Source of the DNA: an uncultured Christensenellaceae bacterium
GTDB lineage: Bacteria; Bacillota; Clostridia; Christensenellales; UBA3700
DNA: 64,000 nucleotides
NCBI GenBank assembly: GCA_944381315.1
Contig: CALWKR010000042.1
Coordinates: forward strand, 2,021-66,020
Direction of reading: 5' to 3'
Shown: positions 53,195-62,477 of the stretch, in pieces
How the letters are laid out: each line of letters opens with the position of its first letter
How positions within the stretch are numbered: position 1 is the first letter of the stretch
The notes under the pieces: model-generated
Database searches by the model: none
Seen by the model: only the letters and a program-made list of their open reading frames with translations
What the model was told of the DNA's origin: nothing
Translations under genes and position numbers: made by a program

Positions 53195-54787
53195 TCAGCC
53201 TGATGTCTTGTCGGGATCTTTGCCAAATTTACGTTTTACCTTTGCGTCGTCTATCAAATTGTGCAGCCCTTCCCAATGCAGCTGACGGCGCTCGAACCAC
53301 AGCTTTTGCAATGCGCCGCGTACAGCGTCGGGCTGATAGACGTGCCTGTCGTCCTCGCCTTCGAAGCCTCTGTCTTCGAGGAAGTCCTCGAACTCGTCCA
53401 GTCTGTCTTCAAAGCCTCCGAAGCCTCCGTCCGTGCCGCTCCACATCCTCTCGGCGAGCGCGCACGCTCTGGGCAGACAGCGCTTCATTCTCGTCTTTTG
53501 GTCGGGAGTGTATTCGCCCCACAGCTCTATCTCGCCGCCAAGCGCCTTGGCTTGGCTGAGCCCGGGCAGCTTGGGCGCGAACTCATAGCTCTTGGCGAGA
53601 CTGATCGTGCCGTAAGGCAGATCGACGTAGGCATACGAAGAATCGGAATTGATCATCCCTCCGCACTGCTCTGCGTCGCGGACGGTCTCTTCTTCGCTGA
53701 TGCCCTGCTCGACGTGCCAATATTGCCACACCGTCTGCTTGGGCATGACGCCTTTCATGCAAGCCTCGTTCCATACCACGGGCGCAAAGCCGAGCTCGAC
53801 GACGTGCTCGGCGACCTGTTTCATGAAGTAGCCTTGCAGCTGCTCGGCGTCTTTGAGCCCTTCTTTGAGCATACGCTTGCGGCACGCGGGACAGATCTCC
53901 CAGCGCATCTTGGGCGCCTCGTCGCCGCCGATATGTATATAGTCGGTGTAACCGGCGAACAGCTCGGCGACTTCGTCGAGCACGCGGAACACAAAGTCAT
54001 AGGTGCCGCTCTTGCCCGCGCAGAGGATGTCGTGCTTTACGCCGCTGTGCGTCGCGACTTCGAGCTCGCGGTCAAAGCAGCCCAATTCGGGATAACAGGC
54101 GAGCGCGGCGCGCATATGCCCGGGCATATCGATCTCGGGCATCACTCTGATGTTGCGCTCGGCGCAATAGCGGAGGATGCTCCTCATCTCCGACTTGCGG
54201 TAGTAGCCCTCGTGCTTTTTGCGGTCAAAGTTGGTGTGCGAACGCTTGCTGCCCTTGTGGTGCAGCTTGGGGAATGCGTCCGACTCCAATCTCCAGCCCT
54301 GGTCGTCCGTGAGATGCAGGTGGATCGCGTTGAGCTTGTGCAACACGCACAGATCGGCAAAGCGGCGCACTTCGTCCGCAGGGATGAAGTAGCGCGCGGT
54401 GTCGAGCATCAGTCCGCGATAGCGGCAGCTCGGCTTGTCGGTCAGCAGCAGCTCGCGCACTTCGCCGTCCGCCTGATCGAGGATCTGGGCAAGAGTGACG
54501 TAGGCATAGAGCAGTCCACGCTCGCCGTAAGTGATCGTAACTCCGTCCTCGTTGACGCGGATGCGATAGCCCTCGTCGGGCAGCTCGGAGCCTTTGAGCT
54601 TGACGACTTTGAGCGTGTCCTCGTCGGCGTCGTCGGGGCGGACGTAGTCCTCGTGAGGGAACAGCGCCCTCGTCATGTACCTCTCTTCAAAGCCTTCGCC
54701 TTGCAGCGAGATCTTCTTGAACTTGAAGGTCTTCTCGCCGTATTCGAGCGAGCTCGGCTTGGGCACGATGCGATATTGTTTTGACAT
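53195..54787 (-). CDS. beta-N-acetylhexosaminidase, GH20 (copy 3)
   Basis: TDKPSCRYRGLMLDTARYF, LNAIHLHLTDDQGWR and IHIGGDE. No signal peptide. GGAGAA SD. Confidence 0.9.
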   Translation of the reverse strand: MSKQYRIVPKPSSLEYGEKTFKFKKISLQGEGFEERYMTRALFPHEDYVRPDDADEDTLKVVKLKGSELPDEGYRIRVNEDGVTITYGERGLLYAYVTLAQILDQADGEVRELLLTDKPSCRYRGLMLDTARYFIPADEVRRFADLCVLHKLNAIHLHLTDDQGWRLESDAFPKLHHKGSKRSHTNFDRKKHEGYYRKSEMRSILRYCAERNIRVMPEIDMPGHMRAALACYPELGCFDRELEVATHSGVKHDILCAGKSGTYDFVFRVLDEVAELFAGYTDYIHIGGDEAPKMRWEICPACRKRMLKEGLKDAEQLQGYFMKQVAEHVVELGFAPVVWNEACMKGVMPKQTVWQYWHVEQGISEEETVRDAEQCGGMINSDSSYAYVDLPYGTISLAKSYEFAPKLPGLSQAKALGGEIELWGEYTPDQKTRMKRCLPRACALAERMWSGTDGGFGGFEDRLDEFEDFLEDRGFEGEDDRHVYQPDAVRGALQKLWFERRQLHWEGLHNLIDDAKVKRKFGKDPDKTSG

Positions 54788-54790
54788 TGA

Positions 54791-57004
54791 TCAATTCTCC
54801 GGTTGCAGGATCATATATGCTTCGCCGCCCGCGACGCAGATCATCTTGGCGGCGCTGACGGTGTATTCGTTGGCGTAGACGTGGAACTTCTTGTCCAGTC
54901 TGTCGCTCGCGGCGACGGACAGCCAATTGGAGTTGGGCGCGGAGGCAAGTCCCTTGTCGCGCACGGCGTCGATGTCTATCGTCGCGCCGTCCTCGAACGC
55001 CGCGGACAGCTCGTCGAGAGTGAGCTTGGTCTTGATGAACCTCTCCGCCCTCTTCTCGGCGTAGACATATTCGACGACGTTGGTCGCGAAATCGTCGGGG
55101 ATGTCGGCGACTTTTTCGCGCGTGGCGCTGCCTTCCACCATATAGCCGTAGCCCTTGCGCTCCACCGTGGAGAAGCCGTCGAGCGTGAGCCCCTCGGCAA
55201 AGTCGGTCGGCTCGTACTTCTTGGGCTTGATCACGAGGTCTTCGGCTATGCGGTCGATCAGGGTCTTGATCTTGCGCACCGCAAGCCCCGAACGCACGTT
55301 GATCATAGTCGGCAGCTCGGCGACGCCCTTCTTGTCGCTGACGTCCTTGTGGTGATAGATCTTGGGATCCATGCTGTTGGGATCGATCGCGAGATAGACT
55401 TTGAGCGTCTTGCCGTTGATCGCCAGACGCGCGATCTGATTGCGGCCCTTGTTGAAGTTCTCCTTGTGACGGCTCATGCGGCTGTGCATGCCGTAGGAGA
55501 GCAGCGCGTTCTTGATATCGCTGTAAAATCTCTTGACGTTGTCGTCCGCGAGGCGCAATTTGAGGTCGAACGTATAGCGCGGCTTGGCGCGTCTGTCCTT
55601 CGCCTCGGTCTCTATCCAATTGACGGACTCGCGCTCGGAGGCGAATTCGTCGTCCTCTTCTTCCTGCGGCTCGGGCTGCGGCTCGGGCGCGGCGGCAACG
55701 GGAACTCCCTGCGCGAGCCTGCGCTCTATCTCGGCGAGTCTCGCCATCAGATACTCCACCTTGGACTCCAGCTCCTCCGCCTTGCGCATCAAGAATGCGT
55801 CCTTGGTCGGCTCGGCGGCGACGGCGGGAGCCTCTTTACTCCTCAGCGATCTCTCCTCGTCGATCAGCGACATCATGCGCTCCGCGTTGCGCATCAAGAA
55901 GTCGACGCGTCCGCGCTCGGAGCACTCGGGCGCCGCGGCGCTCTTGCTCCTCTCCTCTTCGAGCAGCGACTCCAATCTCTCCGCATTGCGGAGCAGGAAT
56001 GCGTTGCTGCGTTCGAGCTCTGCGACTCTCGCCGCAAGTCCCTCGTCTGCGACGACGACGGGAGCGGCGCTGCTTTCGGGAGATTGCTCGGCCGCTTGCT
56101 CGGCGACAGGCTCGTCGGCATAGAGCACCGACTTGACGTTGACCGTGCGGAGCACGAGGATGACTTGGAGCGCGATCGCCGCGATCGTGACGACGACTGC
56201 GACGACGATGTCCGCGACTGCCGAGGTGAACGCAAGGCGCACGAGCATCGCGACCGCGAGCACGACGGTGTTCATCGCGATCGTGTCGAAGAAGTTGACG
56301 TTCTTGTTGAGGACGCGGAAGACAAAGGACGCGCAATAGAACACTGCCGCGACGACGGCGCCGCCGATCATGATCTCATAGAGCTTTTGCGTGGCGTCGG
56401 AGCTGATCGCCGTAAAGCCGAACCAGCCTCTGTCCTCGGTGACGATGAAGGCGACCATGACTGCGGCGGTGAGGATCATGCCGACATAGGTGGAAGCCTT
56501 GGTGAACATGAGCTTGTAGTAACCGCCGACGCCTGCGTCCGCCTTCATCGACGCGGTGTCGAGCAAGCGGTTTTTGCTCGGATCGTACCTAAACCATCTG
56601 ACGACGGTGACGAGCACAGCGAGCGCCAAAGGCAGGCAATAGTAGAGCGGCTCGATCCTGTTCTGGATATCCTGATCGACGAAATACTTTTGGATGATGA
56701 CCAAGATCTCGGCAAAGACGACCGCGATGAGCACGGTGTCGAGCGCGCGCACCTTGTCGGACCATATGGTGGCGGCGACATACGCGATCGCCGCGACGGC
56801 GGCTATACAGCCAATGACCAAGACTGCGGTCGCCGCGCTCTCGGCCGCCGCGACGAGATTGCCGTAGATGTAGTTGTCGAAGATGTAGTGCAGAATGAAG
56901 AATACGCCCGAAAGAGCGATCGCCGACGCTACGCCGCCGCTTCTCGACACGGCGCGATAGTAGCCGAACGGCTTGAACTTGTCGCACAAGTTTGCAATTT
57001 TCAT
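54791..57004 (-). CDS. hypothetical polytopic membrane protein with central triplicated coiled-coil repeat and uL15-like C-terminal domain
   Basis: Track ORF trimmed to ATG 57004 behind a GAGGAGG SD. The N-terminal about 300 aa contain multiple TM helices. The repeats and C-terminal similarity are described in the findings. Confidence 0.8.
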   Translation of the reverse strand: MKIANLCDKFKPFGYYRAVSRSGGVASAIALSGVFFILHYIFDNYIYGNLVAAAESAATAVLVIGCIAAVAAIAYVAATIWSDKVRALDTVLIAVVFAEILVIIQKYFVDQDIQNRIEPLYYCLPLALAVLVTVVRWFRYDPSKNRLLDTASMKADAGVGGYYKLMFTKASTYVGMILTAAVMVAFIVTEDRGWFGFTAISSDATQKLYEIMIGGAVVAAVFYCASFVFRVLNKNVNFFDTIAMNTVVLAVAMLVRLAFTSAVADIVVAVVVTIAAIALQVILVLRTVNVKSVLYADEPVAEQAAEQSPESSAAPVVVADEGLAARVAELERSNAFLLRNAERLESLLEEERSKSAAAPECSERGRVDFLMRNAERMMSLIDEERSLRSKEAPAVAAEPTKDAFLMRKAEELESKVEYLMARLAEIERRLAQGVPVAAAPEPQPEPQEEEDDEFASERESVNWIETEAKDRRAKPRYTFDLKLRLADDNVKRFYSDIKNALLSYGMHSRMSRHKENFNKGRNQIARLAINGKTLKVYLAIDPNSMDPKIYHHKDVSDKKGVAELPTMINVRSGLAVRKIKTLIDRIAEDLVIKPKKYEPTDFAEGLTLDGFSTVERKGYGYMVEGSATREKVADIPDDFATNVVEYVYAEKRAERFIKTKLTLDELSAAFEDGATIDIDAVRDKGLASAPNSNWLSVAASDRLDKKFHVYANEYTVSAAKMICVAGGEAYMILQPEN

Positions 57005-57005
57005 A

Positions 57006-57668
57006 TTATTCCTCCTCGCTGCCCAAAGCAGTAATGATCGCATATAACTCCTGCGCGCAGCAGGCGACGTCCTTTGCTCCCGCCTCTCTGAGGACGGACT
57101 CGGAGCGATAGCCCCAATCGACGCCGACGAAGTCCACGCCTGCCGCCTCCGCGCACTTGACGTCCGTCTCGCCGTCGCCGATCAAGACGGCGTCGGGCGG
57201 CTTTATCCCGCGTTTTTGCAATTCCGCGAGCAAAAGCGAGGGATCGGGCTTGACCTTGACCCCGTCGCGCTCGCCGTCCACAAAATCGAAAATGCCGCCG
57301 AAGTAGTGCTCGCACACCTTCTTCGCGGCAAAATCGGGCTTGTTGGACAACACGCCGAGCAGCATCCCCTCTTCTTTCAGTCGCCTGAGAAGAGCGCCTA
57401 TGCCGCTGTACGGGCGCGTTTGGTTTACGCAATCGGTGCCGTAGATGCGCTCGAAGTCGGCGAGCACGTCGTCCGCCTTGGACGGATCGTCCTCGACGCA
57501 GCGCTCGATGAGCTTGTGCGCGCCGTTGCCGACAAAGTGCATGACTTCGTCGACGGAGCGGTACGGAAGCCCATTCTCCCACAAAGCGGAATTGACCGCA
57601 TTGGCGATGTCGGCGATAGTGTTGAGCAACGTGCCGTCAAGATCGAATATTGCCGCTTTCTTGTTCAT
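57006..57668 (-). CDS. HAD-family hydrolase (phosphoglycolate phosphatase-like)
   Basis: AAIFDLDGTLLNT (DxDGT), LGVLSNK and LIGDGETDV. I prefer ATG at 57668 over the TTG at 57674. Confidence 0.85.
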   Translation of the reverse strand: MNKKAAIFDLDGTLLNTIADIANAVNSALWENGLPYRSVDEVMHFVGNGAHKLIERCVEDDPSKADDVLADFERIYGTDCVNQTRPYSGIGALLRRLKEEGMLLGVLSNKPDFAAKKVCEHYFGGIFDFVDGERDGVKVKPDPSLLLAELQKRGIKPPDAVLIGDGETDVKCAEAAGVDFVGVDWGYRSESVLREAGAKDVACCAQELYAIITALGSEEE

Positions 57669-58260
57669 AGACAAACACCGCGAGCGCGCCGTGCTCCACG
57701 CTTATCTCGGCAACGTCGGCGATCGTCTGATTGCTGACTCCGAGCGCGAAATCGCAGCGCAGCTCCGCGTCCTCCAATTGATATTTCAAACCTCTCAGCG
57801 TGACCCCTCGGCTGTTGCCGAACGAGATCACCGACACCCTCGTCCCGACGGGAGCGCTCACTTGCAGTTTGCCGTCGGCGACAAAGCGCACGACGCAGTC
57901 TCTGCCGTGCATCACCGCCTCCACTCCCCTCTCGGCAAGCTCGATCCCGAGTTGCAGATTGGCGAGCGCGTGGTCGAGTTTGCCGCCGAGCACGCCGTAG
58001 AAATGCATCTCGTTGCAGCCGTGCTCCGACGCATATCGCGCCGCCTCATAGGTGTCCGTATAGTCCTTTTCGACTTGCAATCTTACGACGCGCGCGCATT
58101 CGGGCACGCGCCCCAGCGAGTCAAAGTCGCCGATCGCGACGTCCGCCGTCTCCGCCACTCCCGGGCGATCGAAGCCCGCGTCCGCGGCGATCACCAGATC
58201 GCCCTTCTCCTTGCGGAAAGGCACAAAGTCGTCCGCCGCCCCGACGATGATCGCTCTCAT
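57637..58260 (-). CDS. thiN: thiamine diphosphokinase
   Basis: Track ORF 57637..59148 trimmed to ATG 58260 (MRAIIVGAADDF), overlapping the ADH stop as ATGA. IAADAG...AIGDFDS, EKDYTD and GVLGGKLDH. Confidence 0.85.
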   Translation of the reverse strand: MRAIIVGAADDFVPFRKEKGDLVIAADAGFDRPGVAETADVAIGDFDSLGRVPECARVVRLQVEKDYTDTYEAARYASEHGCNEMHFYGVLGGKLDHALANLQLGIELAERGVEAVMHGRDCVVRFVADGKLQVSAPVGTRVSVISFGNSRGVTLRGLKYQLEDAELRCDFALGVSNQTIADVAEISVEHGALAVFVYEQESGNIRS

Positions 58261-59462
58261 GCGGCGATCAGTCTGTACAGCTCGCAGAGTTGCTCCTGCG
58301 ACAAGATCTCGGGGACGGGATAGAGCGGATTCGCCTCTTTCGCGGCGCGCTCCGCCATGAGCGGAATATCCTCGTCGCGTATCCCGTCGATCGAAGACGG
58401 CACGCCCATCTCGCTGTTCATCGCCTTGATCGCGGCGATGAATTTGGCGGCCTTGGGCTCGTCGTCGTCGCTCGGCGCGCTCAGCCCGACGATGTCGGCG
58501 AGCTTGGCGAGGCGCTTGTGTACGCTCTTGCCGTAATATTCGAGCACAACGGGCAAAATGACCGCGTTGGCAAGCCCGTGCGCCGTGCCGTAAAAGCCGC
58601 CCAGCGCGTGGGCGAGCGCATGCACATAGCCGACATAGGCGCGCGTGAACGCCACGCCTGCGAGATAGGACGCCTGCTGCATATTGGCTCTCGCCTCGAT
58701 GTCGGAGCCGTCGCGATAGGCTCGGATCAAGTTCTCGAAAATGAGCTTGACCGCCTTTTCGGCGCTCTCGTTCGTCAGCGATGTGTTGCTGCCGCCGATG
58801 TACGCCTCGACTGCGTGCGTGAGCGCGTCCATGCCCGTCGTGGCAGTCGTCTGCGGAGGCAGTCCGACGGTCATCATCGGATCGAGGATCGCATAGCGCG
58901 GTATCAGCGATACGTCGTTGATCGCATATTTCTCGTGAGTCGCGGAATCGCTTACGACCGCCGCAAGCGTAGTCTCGCTGCCGCTGCCTGCCGTCGTGGG
59001 GATCGCATACAGATCGGGGATGCGCTTGCGGATCTTGAGCAAGCCCTTCATCTGCGGCACTTTCTTTTCGGGACGGGCAGCCCTCGCGCCGACGACCTTG
59101 GCAAGATCCATCGGCGATCCGCCGCCGAGCGCCACGATCGCGTCGCACTGCGCGTTGCGATAGACGGCGAAAGCCTCCTCGATGTTGTCGATCGTCGGAT
59201 TGTTGACGACGCGGTTGAACAGTTCATACTTGACGCCTGCGGCGTCGAATCCGCGCAGCAAGCCGTCCGCAAGCCCCCTCTTGTAGATGTTGGGGCCGGT
59301 GACGACCAGCACTTTGCGATACTTGCCCTTGATCATGGCTCCGAGCCCCTGCGTTCCGCCTTCGGGAGCAAGGAGCTGCGGCGTGCGCCACGGCAAAAGG
59401 GGCGAGACGAGTTTCATCGTCTTTTGAAAGATCCTGCAATACACCTTGTACAATACGTTCAT
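58257..59462 (-). CDS. iron-containing alcohol dehydrogenase
   Basis: Start ATG 59462 behind a GGAGAGG SD. ALGGGSPMDLAKV, AIPTTAGSGSE and GYVHALAHALGGFYGTAHGLANA (metal-binding His cluster). Confidence 0.9.
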   Translation of the reverse strand: MNVLYKVYCRIFQKTMKLVSPLLPWRTPQLLAPEGGTQGLGAMIKGKYRKVLVVTGPNIYKRGLADGLLRGFDAAGVKYELFNRVVNNPTIDNIEEAFAVYRNAQCDAIVALGGGSPMDLAKVVGARAARPEKKVPQMKGLLKIRKRIPDLYAIPTTAGSGSETTLAAVVSDSATHEKYAINDVSLIPRYAILDPMMTVGLPPQTTATTGMDALTHAVEAYIGGSNTSLTNESAEKAVKLIFENLIRAYRDGSDIEARANMQQASYLAGVAFTRAYVGYVHALAHALGGFYGTAHGLANAVILPVVLEYYGKSVHKRLAKLADIVGLSAPSDDDEPKAAKFIAAIKAMNSEMGVPSSIDGIRDEDIPLMAERAAKEANPLYPVPEILSQEQLCELYRLIAA

Positions 59463-59509
59463 TTTTCCTCTCCGCATTTTGCTCTCTGCAAAGTTTCTCT
59501 GCAAAATAT

Positions 59510-59538
59510 ATTATAAATACTCGCGCACGCATAGTCAA
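59510..59538 (-). promoter_or_regulatory. promoter of the ADH-led gene array
   Basis: Minus strand TTGACT-17 nt-TATAAT. Confidence 0.75.
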
Positions 59539-59619
59539 CAAAATGGCGCAAATTGCCTCTTTTGGGCGCAAAAATCGCGATATGTTTCGGCTTTTTCTTC
59601 CTCACGCGGGCGTTTTCCG

Positions 59620-59648
59620 TTTACTTTGCCGCCAAACAGTGATACAAT
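59620..59648 (+). promoter_or_regulatory. promoter of the thioesterase gene
   Basis: TTTACT-17 nt-TACAAT with an extended -10 TG (gTGaTACAAT). Confidence 0.7.
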
Positions 59649-59687
59649 ATCCTCGATGAAACGCCGCTTTTGCGACGGGAGGAAGAC

Positions 59688-60191
59688 ATGAAAGTATTGC
59701 GCAAACAGAACAACAGCAAGAGCTGCATCATCTGCGGTATGGACAACGTCCTCGGCGTCCAAGCACCTTTTTACGAAATGGAAGACAAGTCCGTGGTCAC
59801 TCTGTTCAGCTACCGCAGCGAACATCAGAGCTACCCCGGCAGAACTCACGGCGGCATGATCACCTGTATGCTCGACGAGCTGATCGGCAGAGTGATCTGG
59901 TGCTACGAGCCCGACAAGCTCGCAGTCACGCTCGACATCAACGTCAAATTCCGCAAGCCCGTCCCCTATGACGTGCCGCTGATCGGCGTCGGCAAGATCG
60001 TCCGCAACACGTCGCGCGTCTACGTCGGAGAAGCGTACATCGCCGACTTGCAGGGCAACGTACTCGCTGAGGGCAAAGCCACCTACTACAAGATGGCGGC
60101 AGGTGCGATCACGGACGCGGATATGCACGAAGAATTGGACAGATTCATCCCCGACGGCATCACCGACATCGACGTCCCAAAGCTGGGATGA
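59688..60191 (+). CDS. PaaI-family hotdog-fold thioesterase
   Basis: Start ATG 59688 behind a GGGAGGAAG SD. HQSYPGRTHGGMITCMLDELIG is the PaaI-type motif. Confidence 0.85.
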   Translation: MKVLRKQNNSKSCIICGMDNVLGVQAPFYEMEDKSVVTLFSYRSEHQSYPGRTHGGMITCMLDELIGRVIWCYEPDKLAVTLDINVKFRKPVPYDVPLIGVGKIVRNTSRVYVGEAYIADLQGNVLAEGKATYYKMAAGAITDADMHEELDRFIPDGITDIDVPKLG

Positions 60192-60219
60192 TCGACACAG
60201 GCACCAAAAAACAAAAAAT

Positions 60220-60248
60220 GCCCGCGGCGTTTGCCGCGGGCTCTTTTC
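60220..60248. terminator. bidirectional intrinsic terminator
   Basis: GCCCGCGGC-gttt-GCCGCGGGC, flanked by AAAAAA(T) upstream and TCTTTTC downstream. Lies between convergent genes. Confidence 0.85.
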
Positions 60249-60813
60249 AGTTCTTTCTCCTGCGCTTGAACGCGGGATCGTTGAGCATTTGCCCCAAGAC
60301 GATAGCCCTCTTCATGTCGTCCTGCGACACGAAGATCTTGTCGTCGTCGCCGGTCTTTGCGTCCACTTTGACAAAGCGCACGTCATAGTGCTCGGCGCAC
60401 CCCTCGGTGCTCTTGCCGCCAATGCTGCCGCCCGTCTTGACCTTTTCGACGCGGTAGGCGTCGCCGCCGTGCTCTACGCTGCAATGCTCGGAGTGATGTC
60501 CTTCGCTCTTGTTCTCTGCTCCGCGCTTTTCGGGCTTGCGCGGAGCCTGTGCCGCAGACGGCGTCGCGATCAAAGACGCGGTCGCTCTGCGCGCAAGCTC
60601 TTCCCTCTTTGAGCGGTCGTGCGACCGGCCTTGAAACAACGGCGTTGTCGTGCTTCGGTCTTCGTCGCGGATCACGGCTTTGGAGGGATCGGATCTCTCC
60701 AAATTCTTTTTGCGCCATTTCGCCATCACCGCCTTGCCCTTTTCGGTGTAGAAGAGCCACCAATACACGACCGCGACGACGGCGAATAGGACAAGTGAGA
60801 TTATTCCCGCCAT
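60247..60813 (-). CDS. hypothetical membrane-anchored protein, third gene of the nfeD-floA operon
   Basis: N-terminal TM helix MAGIISLVLFAVVAVVYWWLF, followed by a charged, His/Gly-rich region. 7-nt gap after floA. Confidence 0.65.
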   Translation of the reverse strand: MAGIISLVLFAVVAVVYWWLFYTEKGKAVMAKWRKKNLERSDPSKAVIRDEDRSTTTPLFQGRSHDRSKREELARRATASLIATPSAAQAPRKPEKRGAENKSEGHHSEHCSVEHGGDAYRVEKVKTGGSIGGKSTEGCAEHYDVRFVKVDAKTGDDDKIFVSQDDMKRAIVLGQMLNDPAFKRRRKN

Positions 60814-60819
60814 GGCGCG

Positions 60820-61833
60820 TTATCTCTTCTTTTTGTCGTCGTTGGACGGCTCGTTGGCGGTCAGCGAATTGCGCATCGCGGTGTCGGCTTGGACGTTCTG
60901 CATATTGTAATAGTCCATGGCTCCGATGTTGCCGTCGCGCAGCGCCTTTGCCATCGCCTTGGGGACCTCCGCCTCCGCCTCGATGACGAGCGCGCGCATC
61001 TCCTGCGACTTCGCCTTCATCTCCTGTTCGAGCGCGACTGCCATTGCGCGGCGCTCTTCCGCCTTCGCCTCCGCGATCCTCTTGTCCGCCTCGGCTTGAT
61101 CCATCTGCAACTGCGCGCCGATGTTGCGTCCCACGTCGATGTCCGCGATGTCGATGGACAGGATCTCGAACGCGGTGCCGTTGTCAAGTCCCTTGTTGAG
61201 CACCGTCTTGGAGATCTGATCGGGGTTTTCGAGCACGTCCTTGTGGCTCTCTGCGGAGCCGACCGTCGTGACGATGCCCTCGCCGATACGCGCGATGATC
61301 GTGTCCTCTCCCGCGCCGCCTATCAAGCGCGTGATGTTGGCTCTGACGGTGACGCGCGCTTTGACTCGCAGCTCGATGCCGTCCTTGGCGATCGCCGAGA
61401 TCGGCGGCGTCTCTATGACCTTGGGGTTGACGGACACTTTGACTGCGTTGAGCACGTCGCGGCCGGCAAGATCGATCGCTCTCGCGGTCTCGGGCTCCAA
61501 CTTGATGTTGGCGCTGTGCGCGCTGATCAATGCGTTGACGACCTTGATCGCGTCGCCCTTGGCGAGGACGTGCGTCTCGAGCTCGTCGATCGTGATGTTG
61601 AGCCCCGCCTTGGCGGCGCTGATGTATGCGTCGACGATCGTGGCGACCTTGACGCCTCTCCACTTCATACCGATGAGACGCGCCATCGGAACTCTCACTC
61701 CCGACACGAGCGCGCGGAACCAAATGCGCACCGGGAGCACGCCGAACAATACGGCAATAAGAATGAGCACCACGACGCAGACGATGATGATCGCCGTCAA
61801 GCCGCCCGCGCTCATTGCAAGCAATGTAAGCAT
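60820..61833 (-). CDS. floA: flotillin-like protein FloA (UPF0365)
   Basis: [33 protein letters not shown]...[15 protein letters not shown] and an Ala/Glu-rich C-terminal region. Typical FloA/YqfA. Confidence 0.9.
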   Translation of the reverse strand: MLTLLAMSAGGLTAIIIVCVVVLILIAVLFGVLPVRIWFRALVSGVRVPMARLIGMKWRGVKVATIVDAYISAAKAGLNITIDELETHVLAKGDAIKVVNALISAHSANIKLEPETARAIDLAGRDVLNAVKVSVNPKVIETPPISAIAKDGIELRVKARVTVRANITRLIGGAGEDTIIARIGEGIVTTVGSAESHKDVLENPDQISKTVLNKGLDNGTAFEILSIDIADIDVGRNIGAQLQMDQAEADKRIAEAKAEERRAMAVALEQEMKAKSQEMRALVIEAEAEVPKAMAKALRDGNIGAMDYYNMQNVQADTAMRNSLTANEPSNDDKKKR

Positions 61834-61846
61834 ATATCTTCTCCTC

Positions 61847-62392
61847 TTATTGTTTGGTCTCTTCGACCAGTTTTACCGTTATCTTGCCGCCCTCTACGCT
61901 GTCCACGACGACGGTGCAGCCCTTGGCTATGAACACCGCGTTGGAGACGACGTCATAGACTTTGCCTTCGATCTCCACTCTCCCCGACGGACGGAGCGCG
62001 CACAGAGTGACGCCCTCCTTGCCGACGATGTCGCCGAAGTCCTCCGTGCCCTTGGTCTGTCCCGTCGAGACGGCTGTGTCCTTGTTTACGAGTCCCGTGC
62101 GCGCAAGCCAGCCTTTTTTGAGGGCGATCATCATGATCACCGTAGCGATCGCGAGCGTCCCGAGCACGAGCGCGAGCAGCACGAAGAATTGGATCACCGG
62201 ATTGCCGCCGCCGCTGTTGTAGATGCGCCAGATTATGCCGATGACCACAAGGATGCCGCCCGAGATCCCGAAAAAGCCGAATCCGGGCTGAAAGATCTCG
62301 ACGATGATAAGGATCGTGCCGAGTATGAGGCAGATCGCAGGCACCCATCCGATCTCGGAAAAGACCAGTTCTACCTCTTCCCAAAAAGTCAT
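61847..62392 (-). CDS. nfeD: NfeD-family membrane protein
   Basis: Start ATG 62392 behind a GGAGGTAA SD. TM helices followed by a C-terminal OB-like beta domain ([27 protein letters not shown]...[13 protein letters not shown]). Confidence 0.8.
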   Translation of the reverse strand: MTFWEEVELVFSEIGWVPAICLILGTILIIVEIFQPGFGFFGISGGILVVIGIIWRIYNSGGGNPVIQFFVLLALVLGTLAIATVIMMIALKKGWLARTGLVNKDTAVSTGQTKGTEDFGDIVGKEGVTLCALRPSGRVEIEGKVYDVVSNAVFIAKGCTVVVDSVEGGKITVKLVEETKQ

Positions 62393-62448
62393 TTTTACCT
62401 CCATGCGCCGCAGCATGTCGCGGCGCCGCCACATTGCGGCTCTCTACT

Positions 62449-62477
62449 AATATATCAAAAGACTATACCTTTGTCAA
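62449..62477 (-). promoter_or_regulatory. promoter of the nfeD-floA operon
   Basis: Minus strand TTGACA-17 nt-TATATT. Confidence 0.75.
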
